DNA of 64,000 bases from an uncultured Candidatus Rokubacteria bacterium (GCA_963708025.1 CAVPSB010000034.1:64001-128000); one strand, 5' to 3'. Shown: positions 54,601 to 64,000, counted from the stretch's first letter. Notes: generated from the letters alone by a model not told the origin. Numbers and translations are program-made.

Positions 54601-54903
54601 GGCTGCTCCTCCCTCAAATCGCGGTTCGGCAAACGTGAACGGCAAGCGATCTCGCGTCGGGGGGTGTCGCGTCGGGACGCGCGCGTGACGCGCGGCGTCG
54701 GCCGGAGCACTCAGGCGTTCGCGCCGACGCCCGATGCTCCGCGCCTCCGAACATACGCCGTCCAACGCACCTGTCGGATCCTCCTGCCGGCGGCCGCGGT
54801 CACCCCGGGCCGTCACCCCGGTGGCCGTCCCCGGGGTGGGATGGAGTGTAGCGCGCCCGGGCCGGACTCCGCAACGCCCCCGTAGGGCGACCCTCCCGGG
54901 GGA

Positions 54904-55965
54904 CTACTCCAGGCCGGTCACCGTGACGTCGAGCATGCGCGTCTGGCGGGGGGCCCGCTGCCACTGCACGAGGATCGGGCTCTGGTAGATGCCCTCGACG
55001 GGCGCGAGGCGGCCGCTCCCCGCTTCGGCCACCAGCAGGCTGATGGACCGCCGCATGCGGAAGAACCGGGCGGCGGGCACGGCCAGCGTGCGCGCCAGCA
55101 CCTTCTCGACGATCGAGCCTTGCAGGCCCAGGGTGTCGAGGCCCGAGTTCAGCACGCGGACGAGGTCGTGCTTCGCGTACCCCAGCGCCTTGCCCGGAAC
55201 GGCTCGCGGGTTCGCGACCGCGTGTCGATAGCCCTCCGCCATGAACCGCACGGGATTCCGGAGGACCGCCGCCAGGTCGTGCTTCATGAGAAGCGTCTCG
55301 AACTCGTTGACCGTGAGCGCCGCGTGCCGCTCGGCCGGATCGAGCGCGATGTGCAGCCGGCCCTTGACGGCCCCGGCCCGGGCCACCAGCTCGCAGAGCT
55401 GGTCGTAGATCCCCAGCCTGGCGTCCTTGATGTTGACCGAATCGATGGGATGCGTGGACACCGGCACGCTGATCCGCGTCTGCTGGATGACGACCTCACG
55501 ATGGAACCCGATCACGCGGGCGAGCCGACGGCGCGAGCGCCCCTCGTTGATGCCGTCCAGATCGACGAAGCAGACGGCCTGGTCGGGGCGGTTCGGATGC
55601 GTCACGCACGGCCGGAGGCCCCCCGCCATGAAGGCGAGGTGGGAGTCGGCATTGCGCGGCTCGACCGCGCGCTGGGCGGCGTCCAGATCCCGCCGCCGCT
55701 CCAGGCGGTCGTGGGCGTACCCGGCCCCCTCCGGGAAGATCCGGCGCAGTGTCTCGACGTAGGTCGGGACGTGCGTCGCGCTGAGCCGCGCCGTGAGGCT
55801 GCGATCGAGGAACCCGGCCGTCGTGTGGGCCGACCAGTACAGGCAGTGTGGGTAGGGCGCCAGGACGTCGTGGTGCTCGCTCGGGAAGCGTGACCGCAGC
55901 TCCACCACGTCGAACCGGGAGCGCGGCGCGATCTCCAGGGTCAGCTCGAGCAGCCCCATCGGCAT
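54904..55965 (-). CDS. Hypothetical protein with two YjbQ-like domains
   Basis: HTTAG...P...YAHD...NADSHL; second half HAALTVNE...GIYQSPIL...RMLDVTVTG. Confidence 0.65.
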   Translation of the reverse strand: MPMGLLELTLEIAPRSRFDVVELRSRFPSEHHDVLAPYPHCLYWSAHTTAGFLDRSLTARLSATHVPTYVETLRRIFPEGAGYAHDRLERRRDLDAAQRAVEPRNADSHLAFMAGGLRPCVTHPNRPDQAVCFVDLDGINEGRSRRRLARVIGFHREVVIQQTRISVPVSTHPIDSVNIKDARLGIYDQLCELVARAGAVKGRLHIALDPAERHAALTVNEFETLLMKHDLAAVLRNPVRFMAEGYRHAVANPRAVPGKALGYAKHDLVRVLNSGLDTLGLQGSIVEKVLARTLAVPAARFFRMRRSISLLVAEAGSGRLAPVEGIYQSPILVQWQRAPRQTRMLDVTVTGLE

Positions 55966-55985
55966 CCGTCCTCTTGGCGGCGCGG

Positions 55986-56738
55986 TCAGGCCCCGGCCCG
56001 GCGCGTCGGCGGCGCCTCGAGGCGTGTGCCCACGACCGCGACCAGCCTGGCGGCCGCCAGCAGCCGGATGACGAGCCACGACGGGTCCAGCTCCGAGCGC
56101 CGGAGGGCGAACTTCGGCGCGCGCGGAAAGGCATGGTGGTTGTTGTGCAGGCTCTCCCCGCCGGTGAGCCAGGCGAGCACGCGGGAATTGTAGGCGGTGT
56201 TCCCGAAGTTCTGGGCGCCCGCCCAGTGTCCCAGGCCGTTGATCAGCGGCCCGATCACGAAGACGAAGAGGATCCCGTGCCCGAGCATGGCCGCCACGCC
56301 CTGCCACCAGCCGAGAGCCAGGCTCACGACCGTCATGCCGATCGCCAGACCGGTCCAGCCCCAGGCGAACAGGCGCCGGTCCCACGCATCCGGGGCGAGG
56401 TCCGGGGCGAACCGCTGCACCGTCTCCGGGTTCCGGGCCTCCCGGACGTAGTAGTACACGTTGCCCAGCTGGACCTTCCAGAAGCCCAGCAGCTGCGGGC
56501 TGTGGGGATCGCCCTCGCGGTCCGTGAACGTGTGGTGCTTCCGGTGGACCGCGACCCATTGCTGTCGGTCCTGGCCGGTCAGTAGCCACAGGACCAGGCG
56601 GAACAGCAAGTCCATGCCCGGTCGCAGCTTGAGCGACCGGTGCGCGAGCGCCCGGTGGAGGTAGATCGAGGTGGCGAAGGTCGCGAGCTGGGACAGCAGG
56701 ATCGCGGTGATCGCGATGATCAGGATCTGACGAGTCAC
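55986..56738 (-). CDS. Membrane fatty acid desaturase (delta-9-like)
   Basis: His boxes HRALAH, HRKHH, HNNHH; GDPHSP. Confidence 0.93.
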   Translation of the reverse strand: MTRQILIIAITAILLSQLATFATSIYLHRALAHRSLKLRPGMDLLFRLVLWLLTGQDRQQWVAVHRKHHTFTDREGDPHSPQLLGFWKVQLGNVYYYVREARNPETVQRFAPDLAPDAWDRRLFAWGWTGLAIGMTVVSLALGWWQGVAAMLGHGILFVFVIGPLINGLGHWAGAQNFGNTAYNSRVLAWLTGGESLHNNHHAFPRAPKFALRRSELDPSWLVIRLLAAARLVAVVGTRLEAPPTRRAGA

Positions 56739-56762
56739 GCTCGTTCCTTTCCGGACCGGCCC

Positions 56763-57670
56763 TCAGACCGAGGGGCTGCCATAGAGGTGCTCCCGGGTGC
56801 GCGGCGCGTGGCCACCCGTCGGGTCACGGTGCTTCCGCATCAGCATCTGGTAGAGGCCGATCGAGCCGCCCTCGAAGGCGACGGCCGAGCACGTCAGGTA
56901 CAGGAGCCACGTCCGGTACGTGCGCTCCCCGACCAGGGCGCGGGCCTCGTCGGCTCTCGCGCGCAGCCGCTCCACCCACTGCCGGCACGTCCGCGCGTAG
57001 TGGAGCCGCAGCCCCTCGACGTCCAGGATCTCCCAATTCGCGCGCTCGGCCTCGGTCAGCGTCTCGCTGAGCCCCGCCAGGTCGCCGTTCGGGAAGACGT
57101 GCCGGTACAGGAACTCGGTCTGGCTGGTGGGCTTCCAGTGGAACTCGTGCACGATCCCGTGGTTGAGGTACAGGCCGCCATCCTTCAGTCGGCTGCGCAC
57201 GCCGCCGAAGAACGCCGGGTAGTTCGGGATCCCCACGTGCTCGATCAGCCCGACCGCGGCGATCTTGTCGTAGGTGACGTCCGGAGCCAGGTCCCGGTAG
57301 TCCCGGTGCTCGACGCGGCAGCGCGCCTGCAGCCCTTCCCTCCGGATGCGGTCGGTGGCGTACGCGGCCTGCTCTCTGCGACAGCGTCACGCCGTGCGCG
57401 TGCACGCCGTAGTGCTGGGCCGCCCAGATCGCCAGGCTGCCCCAGCCGCACCCGATGTCGAGCAGCGTCTCGCCGGGCCGGAGCGCCAGCTTGCGACACA
57501 CCAGGTCGAGCTTGTCCTGCTGCGCCTGGTCGAGCTTGCCGTCCGGATCGCGGTAGTACGCGCACGTGTAGACCATCAGCGGGTCGAGGAAGAGCGCGTA
57601 GAACTCGTTCGAGACGTCGTAGTGGTGGGCGATCGCCTCCTGGTCCCGCTCCCGGCTCGCGCGGCTTCAT
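56763..57670 (-). CDS. Cyclopropane-fatty-acyl synthase-family methyltransferase, catalytic domain only (frameshifts)
   Basis: [12 protein letters not shown]...MVYTCAY...LDIGCGWG...IEHVG...FPNG...HYARTC...WLLYL. Confidence 0.9.
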
Positions 57671-58795
57671 GACGGCACCTCCCGCATCCCGAAGACCGCC
57701 CCCAGGACCACGTGGCGGCGGGTGACCTGCACGCCCAGCATGGTCTGCACCAGCGCCCGGACCATGGCGTCCGGCAGCCGGCCGAGCTGGCGGCCCAGCC
57801 AGCCGGCCTCACCGGTCCCGTAGGCGGCGCACGATCTCCCGCGCGTACGCCTCCAGCGCCACGCCCCGCCGGAGCCGGGCCTCGACGGCCCGGGCGGCGA
57901 GGATGCCGCTCCGGATGGCCGGTCCGATGCCCTCGCCGCTGAGGTCTCGCGCGAGCCCCGCGGCGTCGCCCACGAGGCAGAACCGCTCCCCGGCGAGCCG
58001 CCGCGGCGCTCGGCGCCGGACGACGTAGGCGTGGCCCCGGAACGGCTCGATCGGGAGGTCCGCGGGAAGCCGGCCCGAGGCCCGCAGGGCCTCGACGAGC
58101 CGGCTCCGGCGCTGTCGCAGATCCACGCCGGGTCCCGCGACGCAGCCGATCCCGATGTTGAGGACGTCCTGCTTGGGGAAGAACCAGCCGTAGCCCTTGA
58201 GGTCCGGCTCCACGTAGAGCTCCGGCACCCGGGAGGCCTCCTCGAGAGCCGTCCCCGGGGTCGGCGGCAGCCGCGTCTCGCTCTCCTGGGCGATCACGAC
58301 CTCTTCCTGCTCGGACACCTCGCCGAGCGCGCGGGCCACCGGGCAGAAATGGCCGCCGGCCCCGATGACCACGGACGCCGTGAAGACACCGTCGCCGGTG
58401 ACGAGCTCGATCCGGTCCCCGGCCGGCCTGACCGCGGTCACGCGCGCTCCGTCCTGCACGTCGGCGCCGGCGCCGCGGGCGCGCTCCAGGAGATAGTGGT
58501 CGAACTCCCGCCGGACGATCCCGTAGCTGGCCGGCCGGCGCCAGCGAGTCTCGTGGCGCGCCCCGTCGAACTCGAACCGGCAGGCGGAGAAGGCCTGGAT
58601 GGTGTGCGGATACGTCTCCGGGTCGACCTCGACGTCGGCCAGCGCCTGGGGGGTCACCCAGCCGGCGCAGACCTTCACCCGCGGGAACCGGGCGGCGTCG
58701 AGGACCAGCGGCCGAAGGCCGGCCCGGGCCAGCTGCCAGGCGGCGGAGCTGCCCCCCGGTCCGCCGCCAACGACGACGACCTCGCGATGATCCAC
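57667..58795 (-). CDS. Geranylgeranyl-reductase-family FAD oxidoreductase (frameshift ~57830)
   Basis: VVGGGPGG, FPRVKVCAG, YGWFFPK, VGDAAGL...GEGI; ATGA overlap with the methyltransferase. Confidence 0.9.
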
Positions 58796-58796
58796 G

Positions 58797-59142
58797 TCAG
58801 CCCCGCCACATCGCGAGCAGGATCCGTACGCGGTCGGTCAGCGACACCCGGATCCCCTCGATGCTGTCCGCGATCTTCATCGCCTCGAACAGGTCCCCCT
58901 CGATGTCGAGCGCGCCCTCCACGTAGGCCTCGGCGAAGTTCAGCGGGGTCGGATCGCGGATCAGGCGGACGAACGTCTCGGGCTGGTGCATGACGGCCGT
59001 GCACACCGGCGGGCTCGCTCCCAGGGTCACCAGGGTTCCGTCCCAGAGACGGAAGGCGAACCCGACCGGGACGCCGTCGAACACCCGGTGCAGGATGTCC
59101 GCCGCCCGCCGGGAGGCTGAGTCGCCGCGACAGCCGGGTCAC
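58797..59142 (-). CDS. Stand-alone N-terminal (lipid-binding) domain of a CFA synthase
   Basis: FAFRLWDG...P.PLNFAEAYVEGALDIEGDL; probable frameshift near the start. Confidence 0.75.
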
Positions 59143-59332
59143 CTCTCGGGGATCTCCTCGCGCCGAGTGCTCACCGTTCCACACCCGGCGGGGCCGCCCG
59201 GCACCGTGACCGGACCCCGGAGACCAAGGCGGGCCGGGGCGTCACGCGGACAGGACTCGAAGGTGCGGACTCGACGAAACCGACTGCGGCACCCGGGCCT
59301 CCCCTCGAAGACCGGTCAGAAAAACTCGAGTC

Positions 59333-59512
59333 CCGGGCAGGTTTCCTGACTCTCGGATCACCCTACTCGCCGCCGTCTTCCCGGCACCGCCTGTCCGACG
59401 CCAGTGACTCGATGGCAGCTTTCGTCCCCGATCACAGTGACGGGGTCGTGGCGGATTCGCGCCGCCTTCCCTCTTCGCCCCACAGGGAGCGCACCCGGGA
59501 CCCCTGACAACG
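59333..59512 (-). ncRNA. Cobalamin riboswitch
   Basis: Minus strand AAGAGGGAA-GGCGGCGCGAATCCGCC-ACGACCCCGTCACTGTGA...GGGAAG...GAGAGTCAGGAAACCTGCC (B12 box). Confidence 0.92.
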
Positions 59513-59518
59513 TCGGCG

Positions 59519-59547
59519 ACACTAGCAGACGCCTCCGGCGCGGTCAA
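59519..59547 (-). promoter_or_regulatory. Sigma70 promoter for the riboswitch operon
   Basis: TTGACC-17-TAGTGT with extended TG. Confidence 0.65.
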
Positions 59548-59774
59548 GGGCCGGCGGCGAGGGCCGGCGGTGAGGGTCCGCGGCGCCACCGCCCCCGGAA
59601 GGCGGCGCGAGGACGACCGGATCGGAGGGGTCCCGATCTGCTGCCGTCGTTTCGCCGCAATTCGCCCTCATCTTTCCGCGCGCGGGCCACCACGCCGGCA
59701 CGACGCCGATGCCGCGAACGGAAAAGTTTGAGGCTCGATGACCGTGTGCTAGCCTCGACGAGCCGAGAGAGTAT

Positions 59775-60599
59775 ATGGCCGTTCACGCGGGCACCGCCGA
59801 TGTTGACCTCGGACACCCGGCCCGGAGCCGCCCGGCTCGGGACGTCTCCCACCGGTTCCGGCGCCAGCCGGCTGGCAAGGGGGCTTGGCTGTTCCTGGCC
59901 ATCGGCGTCGCGGTCCTTCTCGCGGTGGCCCTGCGCCCGGTGGTCGGGCCGCGGCGCGATCTCGCCCGTGGTGCCCATCCCGAGCCGGCGCCGTCGACGA
60001 CCCGTCAGCTGATCGCGACCCCGCCGATCCTCGCCGACCCACCGGCGATCTCGGACGGCCCAGCGGTGATCCCGGCCGACGCACCGCCGATCCTCGCCGA
60101 CCCGGGGCCGATCTCCACCGAGCCGCCCGCCGCATCGGGTCTCGTGTTCCGGGTCCAGGTCGGGTCGTTCCTCGATCTTCGGAACGCGCTGCGCATGGTC
60201 GAGCGACTACGAGGCGAGGGCCTCCCGGCCGATCTCCGGGTCGCCCAGGGCCATCAGGTGCGGTACCGTGTCCTCGTGACACCTGGGACGGGCGAGACCG
60301 ACGAGAAGCTGCTCGCCCGCCTCAGCGTGCTGGGCGTCTCGGCGACGGCCGTAAACGGGGAATTCGCCGTCACGGGCTTCGTGCCGACCGAGGACGCCGA
60401 CGCGATCGCCAGTCGCCTGGAAGACGAAGCGATCGCGGTGCGCGTCGAGGGGGAGCAGCGGGTGGTCTCCTACCACGCGGTGCGCGTGGGCACCTATCGC
60501 GCGGCTCAGGACGCTGATCGGGCCCGGGTCGAGCTGACCGCTCGCGGGCTGGCGGGGCTCGTCGTGCGGGAATCGGACGACGGCTCCGGAGGCGAGTAA
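59775..60599 (+). CDS. SPOR-domain membrane-anchored protein
   Basis: TM helix; PPILADP repeats; FRVQVGSFLDLRNA...; YHAVRVGTY. Confidence 0.8.
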   Translation: MAVHAGTADVDLGHPARSRPARDVSHRFRRQPAGKGAWLFLAIGVAVLLAVALRPVVGPRRDLARGAHPEPAPSTTRQLIATPPILADPPAISDGPAVIPADAPPILADPGPISTEPPAASGLVFRVQVGSFLDLRNALRMVERLRGEGLPADLRVAQGHQVRYRVLVTPGTGETDEKLLARLSVLGVSATAVNGEFAVTGFVPTEDADAIASRLEDEAIAVRVEGEQRVVSYHAVRVGTYRAAQDADRARVELTARGLAGLVVRESDDGSGGE

Positions 60600-60601
60600 G
60601 C

Positions 60602-61543
60602 TCAGTCCGCGCCGGCCACGGCCTGGGAGAGACGACGCGCCAGCTCGCGATGCCGCGTGAAGTAGTACGCGAGCATGGCCCCCGCCGCGCACAGGTTGGC
60701 GACCGCGACCGCCCAGCCCGCCAGGTGGTCGAACACCCACCGCGCCAGCACGAGAACGACGGCGAAGAATAGCACCTCGAAGCCGAGGTAGAGGACGACC
60801 AGCAGGAAGAAGAACATGGGGTCCCGCTCGGCGCCCGCGACCAGGAGAGCTCCGACGATGCCGAGCACGACGAAGGCGCCCACGTGGACCAGCGTGTACG
60901 AGAGCACCCCGCCGAGCGGATCCGCCTGCCCGAGGAGCGCCTTGGCGAGGATCCGGGGCGTCGTGAGCGGCTCGCCGGCCACCGCGTCGAGGACGAGGAA
61001 CCAGGCCATCACCACGGCCGCGCCGATGAGCCCCGCGACCACGCCCTCGCGCAGCACGGGCCCCGACGCGCCCACGAGGGGCGCCGCCGCCCCCGGGTGG
61101 GCGCGGAGGAAGAACCAGAGCATGCCCACCGCCGCCAGGAGGTTCGCCCCGAGGATGCGCCACCAGACCAGCGCGCCGAGCAGCGAAGGGCCCAGTCGCT
61201 CCAGGACGAGGAAGAACGAGACTTCGAACGCCGCGAACAGGACGACGAAGGCGACGAACATCGCGGGCTCCCGCTCGCTGGTGGCGAGCAGGCTGGCCGC
61301 CACGATGCCGAAGCCCACGAACGCGGCGACGTGGATGAGGGTGTAGCCCAGCACCGGGCCGAGGGCGATCTGGACGGTCGCCGGATCGGCGGCGCCCCGG
61401 AACACGGCCGCGCCGAGGAGGCCCGGGGTCAGGAGCGGCTGCCCGCGGCCCACGTCGAGCACGAGAAACCACAGGGCGACGATGGCGGCGCCGACGACGC
61501 CGGCCAGCACGCCCTCCCGCAGCACCGAGCTCCGCGCGTTCAT
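60602..61543 (-). CDS. Internally duplicated polytopic membrane protein
   Basis: Two copies of VLREGV.AG..GAA.V..WFLVLD...G.PL.TP..L...YTL.H. Confidence 0.8.
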   Translation of the reverse strand: MNARSSVLREGVLAGVVGAAIVALWFLVLDVGRGQPLLTPGLLGAAVFRGAADPATVQIALGPVLGYTLIHVAAFVGFGIVAASLLATSEREPAMFVAFVVLFAAFEVSFFLVLERLGPSLLGALVWWRILGANLLAAVGMLWFFLRAHPGAAAPLVGASGPVLREGVVAGLIGAAVVMAWFLVLDAVAGEPLTTPRILAKALLGQADPLGGVLSYTLVHVGAFVVLGIVGALLVAGAERDPMFFFLLVVLYLGFEVLFFAVVLVLARWVFDHLAGWAVAVANLCAAGAMLAYYFTRHRELARRLSQAVAGAD

Positions 61544-61588
61544 GGGCCCCTCCCCCGGCCGCTGTCCGGGCGCCCACGCCCCGGCCGG

Positions 61589-61870
61589 TCAGGCACTCCC
61601 GCCGCTCCCGGAATCGAACGCCGAGCCCGGGCCGGAGCGTCGCCCGGCCGCCGACAGGTGCCGGCGGAGCCAGGCGCCCGCGACGACCACCGCCACGAAC
61701 GGGAGCACCGTGAGAACGACGGCACTCCAGTAGAACCCGGGGTTCAGGCCCGTTCCCTCGCGCCCCCCGCCGATGCAGACCGCGCAGGCCTCCGCCGCGA
61801 CGGGACCGAGCAGGGGTACGACCGCGAGGACGGCTCGGGCCGTCTCCCGGGTCCAGCGGCGTGCGCGCAT
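61589..61870 (-). CDS. Small membrane protein with AEACAVC motif (oxidase-associated)
   Basis: Signal-like N-terminus, CxxC, one TM helix; follows cox genes. Confidence 0.6.
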   Translation of the reverse strand: MRARRWTRETARAVLAVVPLLGPVAAEACAVCIGGGREGTGLNPGFYWSAVVLTVLPFVAVVVAGAWLRRHLSAAGRRSGPGSAFDSGSGGSA

Positions 61871-61881
61871 CGCTGATTCCC

Positions 61882-62619
61882 TCACCAGAGGTAGACGAGA
61901 CCCCACAGGACCGGCCAGAGCAAGACGACGAAGGTCCAGTAGAGGCCCGCGGCCGCCAGCGGGCCCGGCGCGGGCCGATTCCCCCGAGCTCTCCCTGCCT
62001 GGGCGCGGAGCAGGACGAGCCAGCCGAGCGCCGCCGCCACGTGGGCCGCGTGGGCGCCGACCAGCACGTAGAAGGTCGCCCCGTACACGCCCGACGGCGC
62101 GGTGAAGCCGAACCTCACGAGGCGCGCCCACTCGAACCCCTGCATGAAGAGGAAGATCGCCCCGCCCAGCGCGGCCTGCTCGAGCCGCAGGCACAGCGAG
62201 CGGCGGTCCGCTGCCCCGACCGCCCGGCGCATGGCGTGCCCGCTCCACAGGAGCACGGCCGTGCCGAGCGCGGTGATCCCGACCGGGAGGCGCGGCTCCC
62301 CCTGCGGAGGCCAGGCCGGGGAGCCGAGCCGGAACACGAGGAACGCCGCGACGAGGCCGCCGAAAAGCATCGTCTCGGCCACGAGCAGCACCACGATCCC
62401 CACGCGGACAGCGTCGGCGCGCTGCTCGGCGCCCCCGTCCCACCCCGGCCATCGGCCCTCCTCGACCGGCCCGACGGGCGGCGGCGGCCGCCCCGCGGCC
62501 CCCGCCGGACGGCCCACGACCGGCTCGGTCTCGAGCAGCCGGGACGCCGGCATCTCGGCGCGCCTCACCCCGTCCGGTCCGACACGGGGGAGTCCGGCGA
62601 CGGCCCTCGACGTCTGCAC
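61882..62619 (-). CDS. Cytochrome c oxidase subunit III-like
   Basis: AETMLFGGL, QGFEW, FYVLVGAHAAHV, LYWTFV. Confidence 0.88.
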   Translation of the reverse strand: MQTSRAVAGLPRVGPDGVRRAEMPASRLLETEPVVGRPAGAAGRPPPPVGPVEEGRWPGWDGGAEQRADAVRVGIVVLLVAETMLFGGLVAAFLVFRLGSPAWPPQGEPRLPVGITALGTAVLLWSGHAMRRAVGAADRRSLCLRLEQAALGGAIFLFMQGFEWARLVRFGFTAPSGVYGATFYVLVGAHAAHVAAALGWLVLLRAQAGRARGNRPAPGPLAAAGLYWTFVVLLWPVLWGLVYLW

Positions 62620-62631
62620 GCGTCGGTCACC

Positions 62632-62913
62632 TCAGCGGTGGAACACGAAGTCCGGGAAGAGCGCGATCAGGAGGCCCAGGACGAACAGGACGGGGAGGAT
62701 CGCCAGGGCATAGAGGAAGCGCGGCTCCCAGCGCAGGTGCATGAAGTTCCCGGCGACCAGCACCGCCTTGACCACCGCCGTCGCGAAGATGAGCAGGAGC
62801 GCGACCGTGCGTCCTCCGGGCAGGTAGTTCGCGAAGAGGCTCACGACCAGGAGAGCCACGAGCCAGCCCCAGATCACCACGTAGCTGGGCCGTGCCGCAC
62901 CGGATGCCATCAC
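62632..62913 (-). CDS. Cytochrome c oxidase subunit IV family
   Basis: KAVLVAGNFMHLRWE. Confidence 0.88.
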   Translation of the reverse strand: MMASGAARPSYVVIWGWLVALLVVSLFANYLPGGRTVALLLIFATAVVKAVLVAGNFMHLRWEPRFLYALAILPVLFVLGLLIALFPDFVFHR

Positions 62914-62944
62914 CGTCCTCCGGGGCCCCCCGCCGCCCGCCGCC

Positions 62945-63523
62945 TCAGGAGAGATAGACGAGCGGGAAGAGGAAGATCCACACGATGTTCACGAAGTGCC
63001 AGTAGAGCCCTGCCAGCTCCACGCGATCCGGGCGCTCCGTCCCGGCTACCGCGAACAGGAGCCCGTTCAGGATCAGACCGGCCAGCACATGGAGCGCGTG
63101 GAGTCCCGTCAGCGTGTAGTAGAAGGACCAGAAGATCCCGGCCCCGGGCGTGTACCCGGCCTGGATCTTGCCCGTGTACTCGAAGGCCTTGATGGCGAGG
63201 AACGCCAGCCCCAGCGCGATCGTCGCCAGCAGGTACCAGCGAAACCCGCCCGCATCGCCCCGCTCGGCCGCGCCGTACGCCTGCACCACGGTCAGGCTGC
63301 TCGTCAGGAGCACCAGGGTGTTGAGCGCCGCCAGCGGCACCGAGAGGTGGGCGGACTCCTCGTGCCACCCGCCGGCCCCGACGCGGAAGACGACGAACGC
63401 CGCCAGGAGGCCGCCGAACACCATGATCTCGGAGGCCAGGAACCACCACATCGCGAGCTTGCCGGCCGGCACGCCGGCAAAGGCCGGGCGCTCGGCTGCG
63501 GGGGCGTGGACGCCGACGGCCAT
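62945..63523 (-). CDS. Cytochrome c oxidase subunit III
   Basis: WFLASEIMVFG, LTSS, YYTLTGLHALHV, YWHFV. Confidence 0.92.
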   Translation of the reverse strand: MAVGVHAPAAERPAFAGVPAGKLAMWWFLASEIMVFGGLLAAFVVFRVGAGGWHEESAHLSVPLAALNTLVLLTSSLTVVQAYGAAERGDAGGFRWYLLATIALGLAFLAIKAFEYTGKIQAGYTPGAGIFWSFYYTLTGLHALHVLAGLILNGLLFAVAGTERPDRVELAGLYWHFVNIVWIFLFPLVYLS

Positions 63524-63540
63524 CAGCGCGACTCCTCGGG

Positions 63541-64000
63541 TCAGCGGGACAAAGCGAGGGCCTGGTCCTGGGGGACCCAGTCCTGCCGCGCCGCGGGGTG
63601 GCTGTACTCGTAGGGTCCGTGGTGGACCACCGGCACCCGCTCACCCCAGTTGCCGTGCGGCGGCGGGGACGGCGCCGACCAGTCGAGCGTGTTCGCCTCC
63701 CACGGGTTCGCCGGCGCGCGGCGGCCGGCCGCCAGGCTCCAGGCCACGTTGGCGACCAGCACGACCTGCGATGCCATGAGCCCGAACGCCCCGTACGAGA
63801 TCAGCACGTTCAGCCACTGGTGGGGGACCAGCGCGTCGTACTGGAGCGGGTTCGCGATCCGCCGGACCATGCCGGCGAGCCCGATGTTGTGCATCGGGAA
63901 GAAGGTGAGGTTGAAGAACACGACCGTCAGCCAGAAGTGGAGCTTCCCGAGGCCCTCGGACAGCATCCGGCCGCTCATCTTCGGGAACCAGAAGTAGAGG
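63541..64000 (-). CDS. Cytochrome c oxidase subunit I, C-terminal part (5'-partial)
   Basis: YFWFPKMSG...HFW...TFFPMH..GLAGM.RR...NPWEANTLDW...PPPHGN. Confidence 0.93.
   Translation of the reverse strand, partial: LYFWFPKMSGRMLSEGLGKLHFWLTVVFFNLTFFPMHNIGLAGMVRRIANPLQYDALVPHQWLNVLISYGAFGLMASQVVLVANVAWSLAAGRRAPANPWEANTLDWSAPSPPPHGNWGERVPVVHHGPYEYSHPAARQDWVPQDQALALSR

Overview
Very GC-rich bacterial chromosome segment. Gene content and style suggest Candidatus Rokubacteria/Methylomirabilota, but this is inference only. Many single-base frameshifts, probably long-read errors, split otherwise intact genes. Left to right the window holds: a LeuA C-terminus; a MocR regulator; iolD/iolE; a decayed inositol-phosphatase/ABC locus with a hicBA pair; sugar catabolism genes; an LLM-amidohydrolase-trpS-hugZ run; a deleted sulfite reductase/siroheme locus; trpEG; ALDH; a CPA2 antiporter; polX; a BtuF-like protein; RidA/NUDIX; copA; a liv-type ABC operon; a PilT-cyclase fusion; an iorAB-cytc-fccB-soxXYZA operon; a cobalamin-riboswitch lipid-modification operon; and the end of a cytochrome c oxidase operon. 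Most notable: (1) a B12 riboswitch heading a split cyclopropane-synthase-like methyltransferase, a geranylgeranyl-reductase-type enzyme, a desaturase and a tandem YjbQ-like protein, possibly a B12-independent route to methyl-branched lipids; (2) a PilT/PilU ATPase fused to a class III nucleotide-cyclase-like domain; (3) an in-frame UGA at a conserved Cys position followed by a hairpin (selenoprotein candidate); (4) a 6-Trp leader attenuator before trpE and a possible Cys/zinc-ribbon leader-terminator before sulfite reductase; (5) a soxB-less sox operon with non-canonical SoxY coupled to a molybdo-hydroxylase; (6) a ~145-bp dispersed repeat found just after stop codons.
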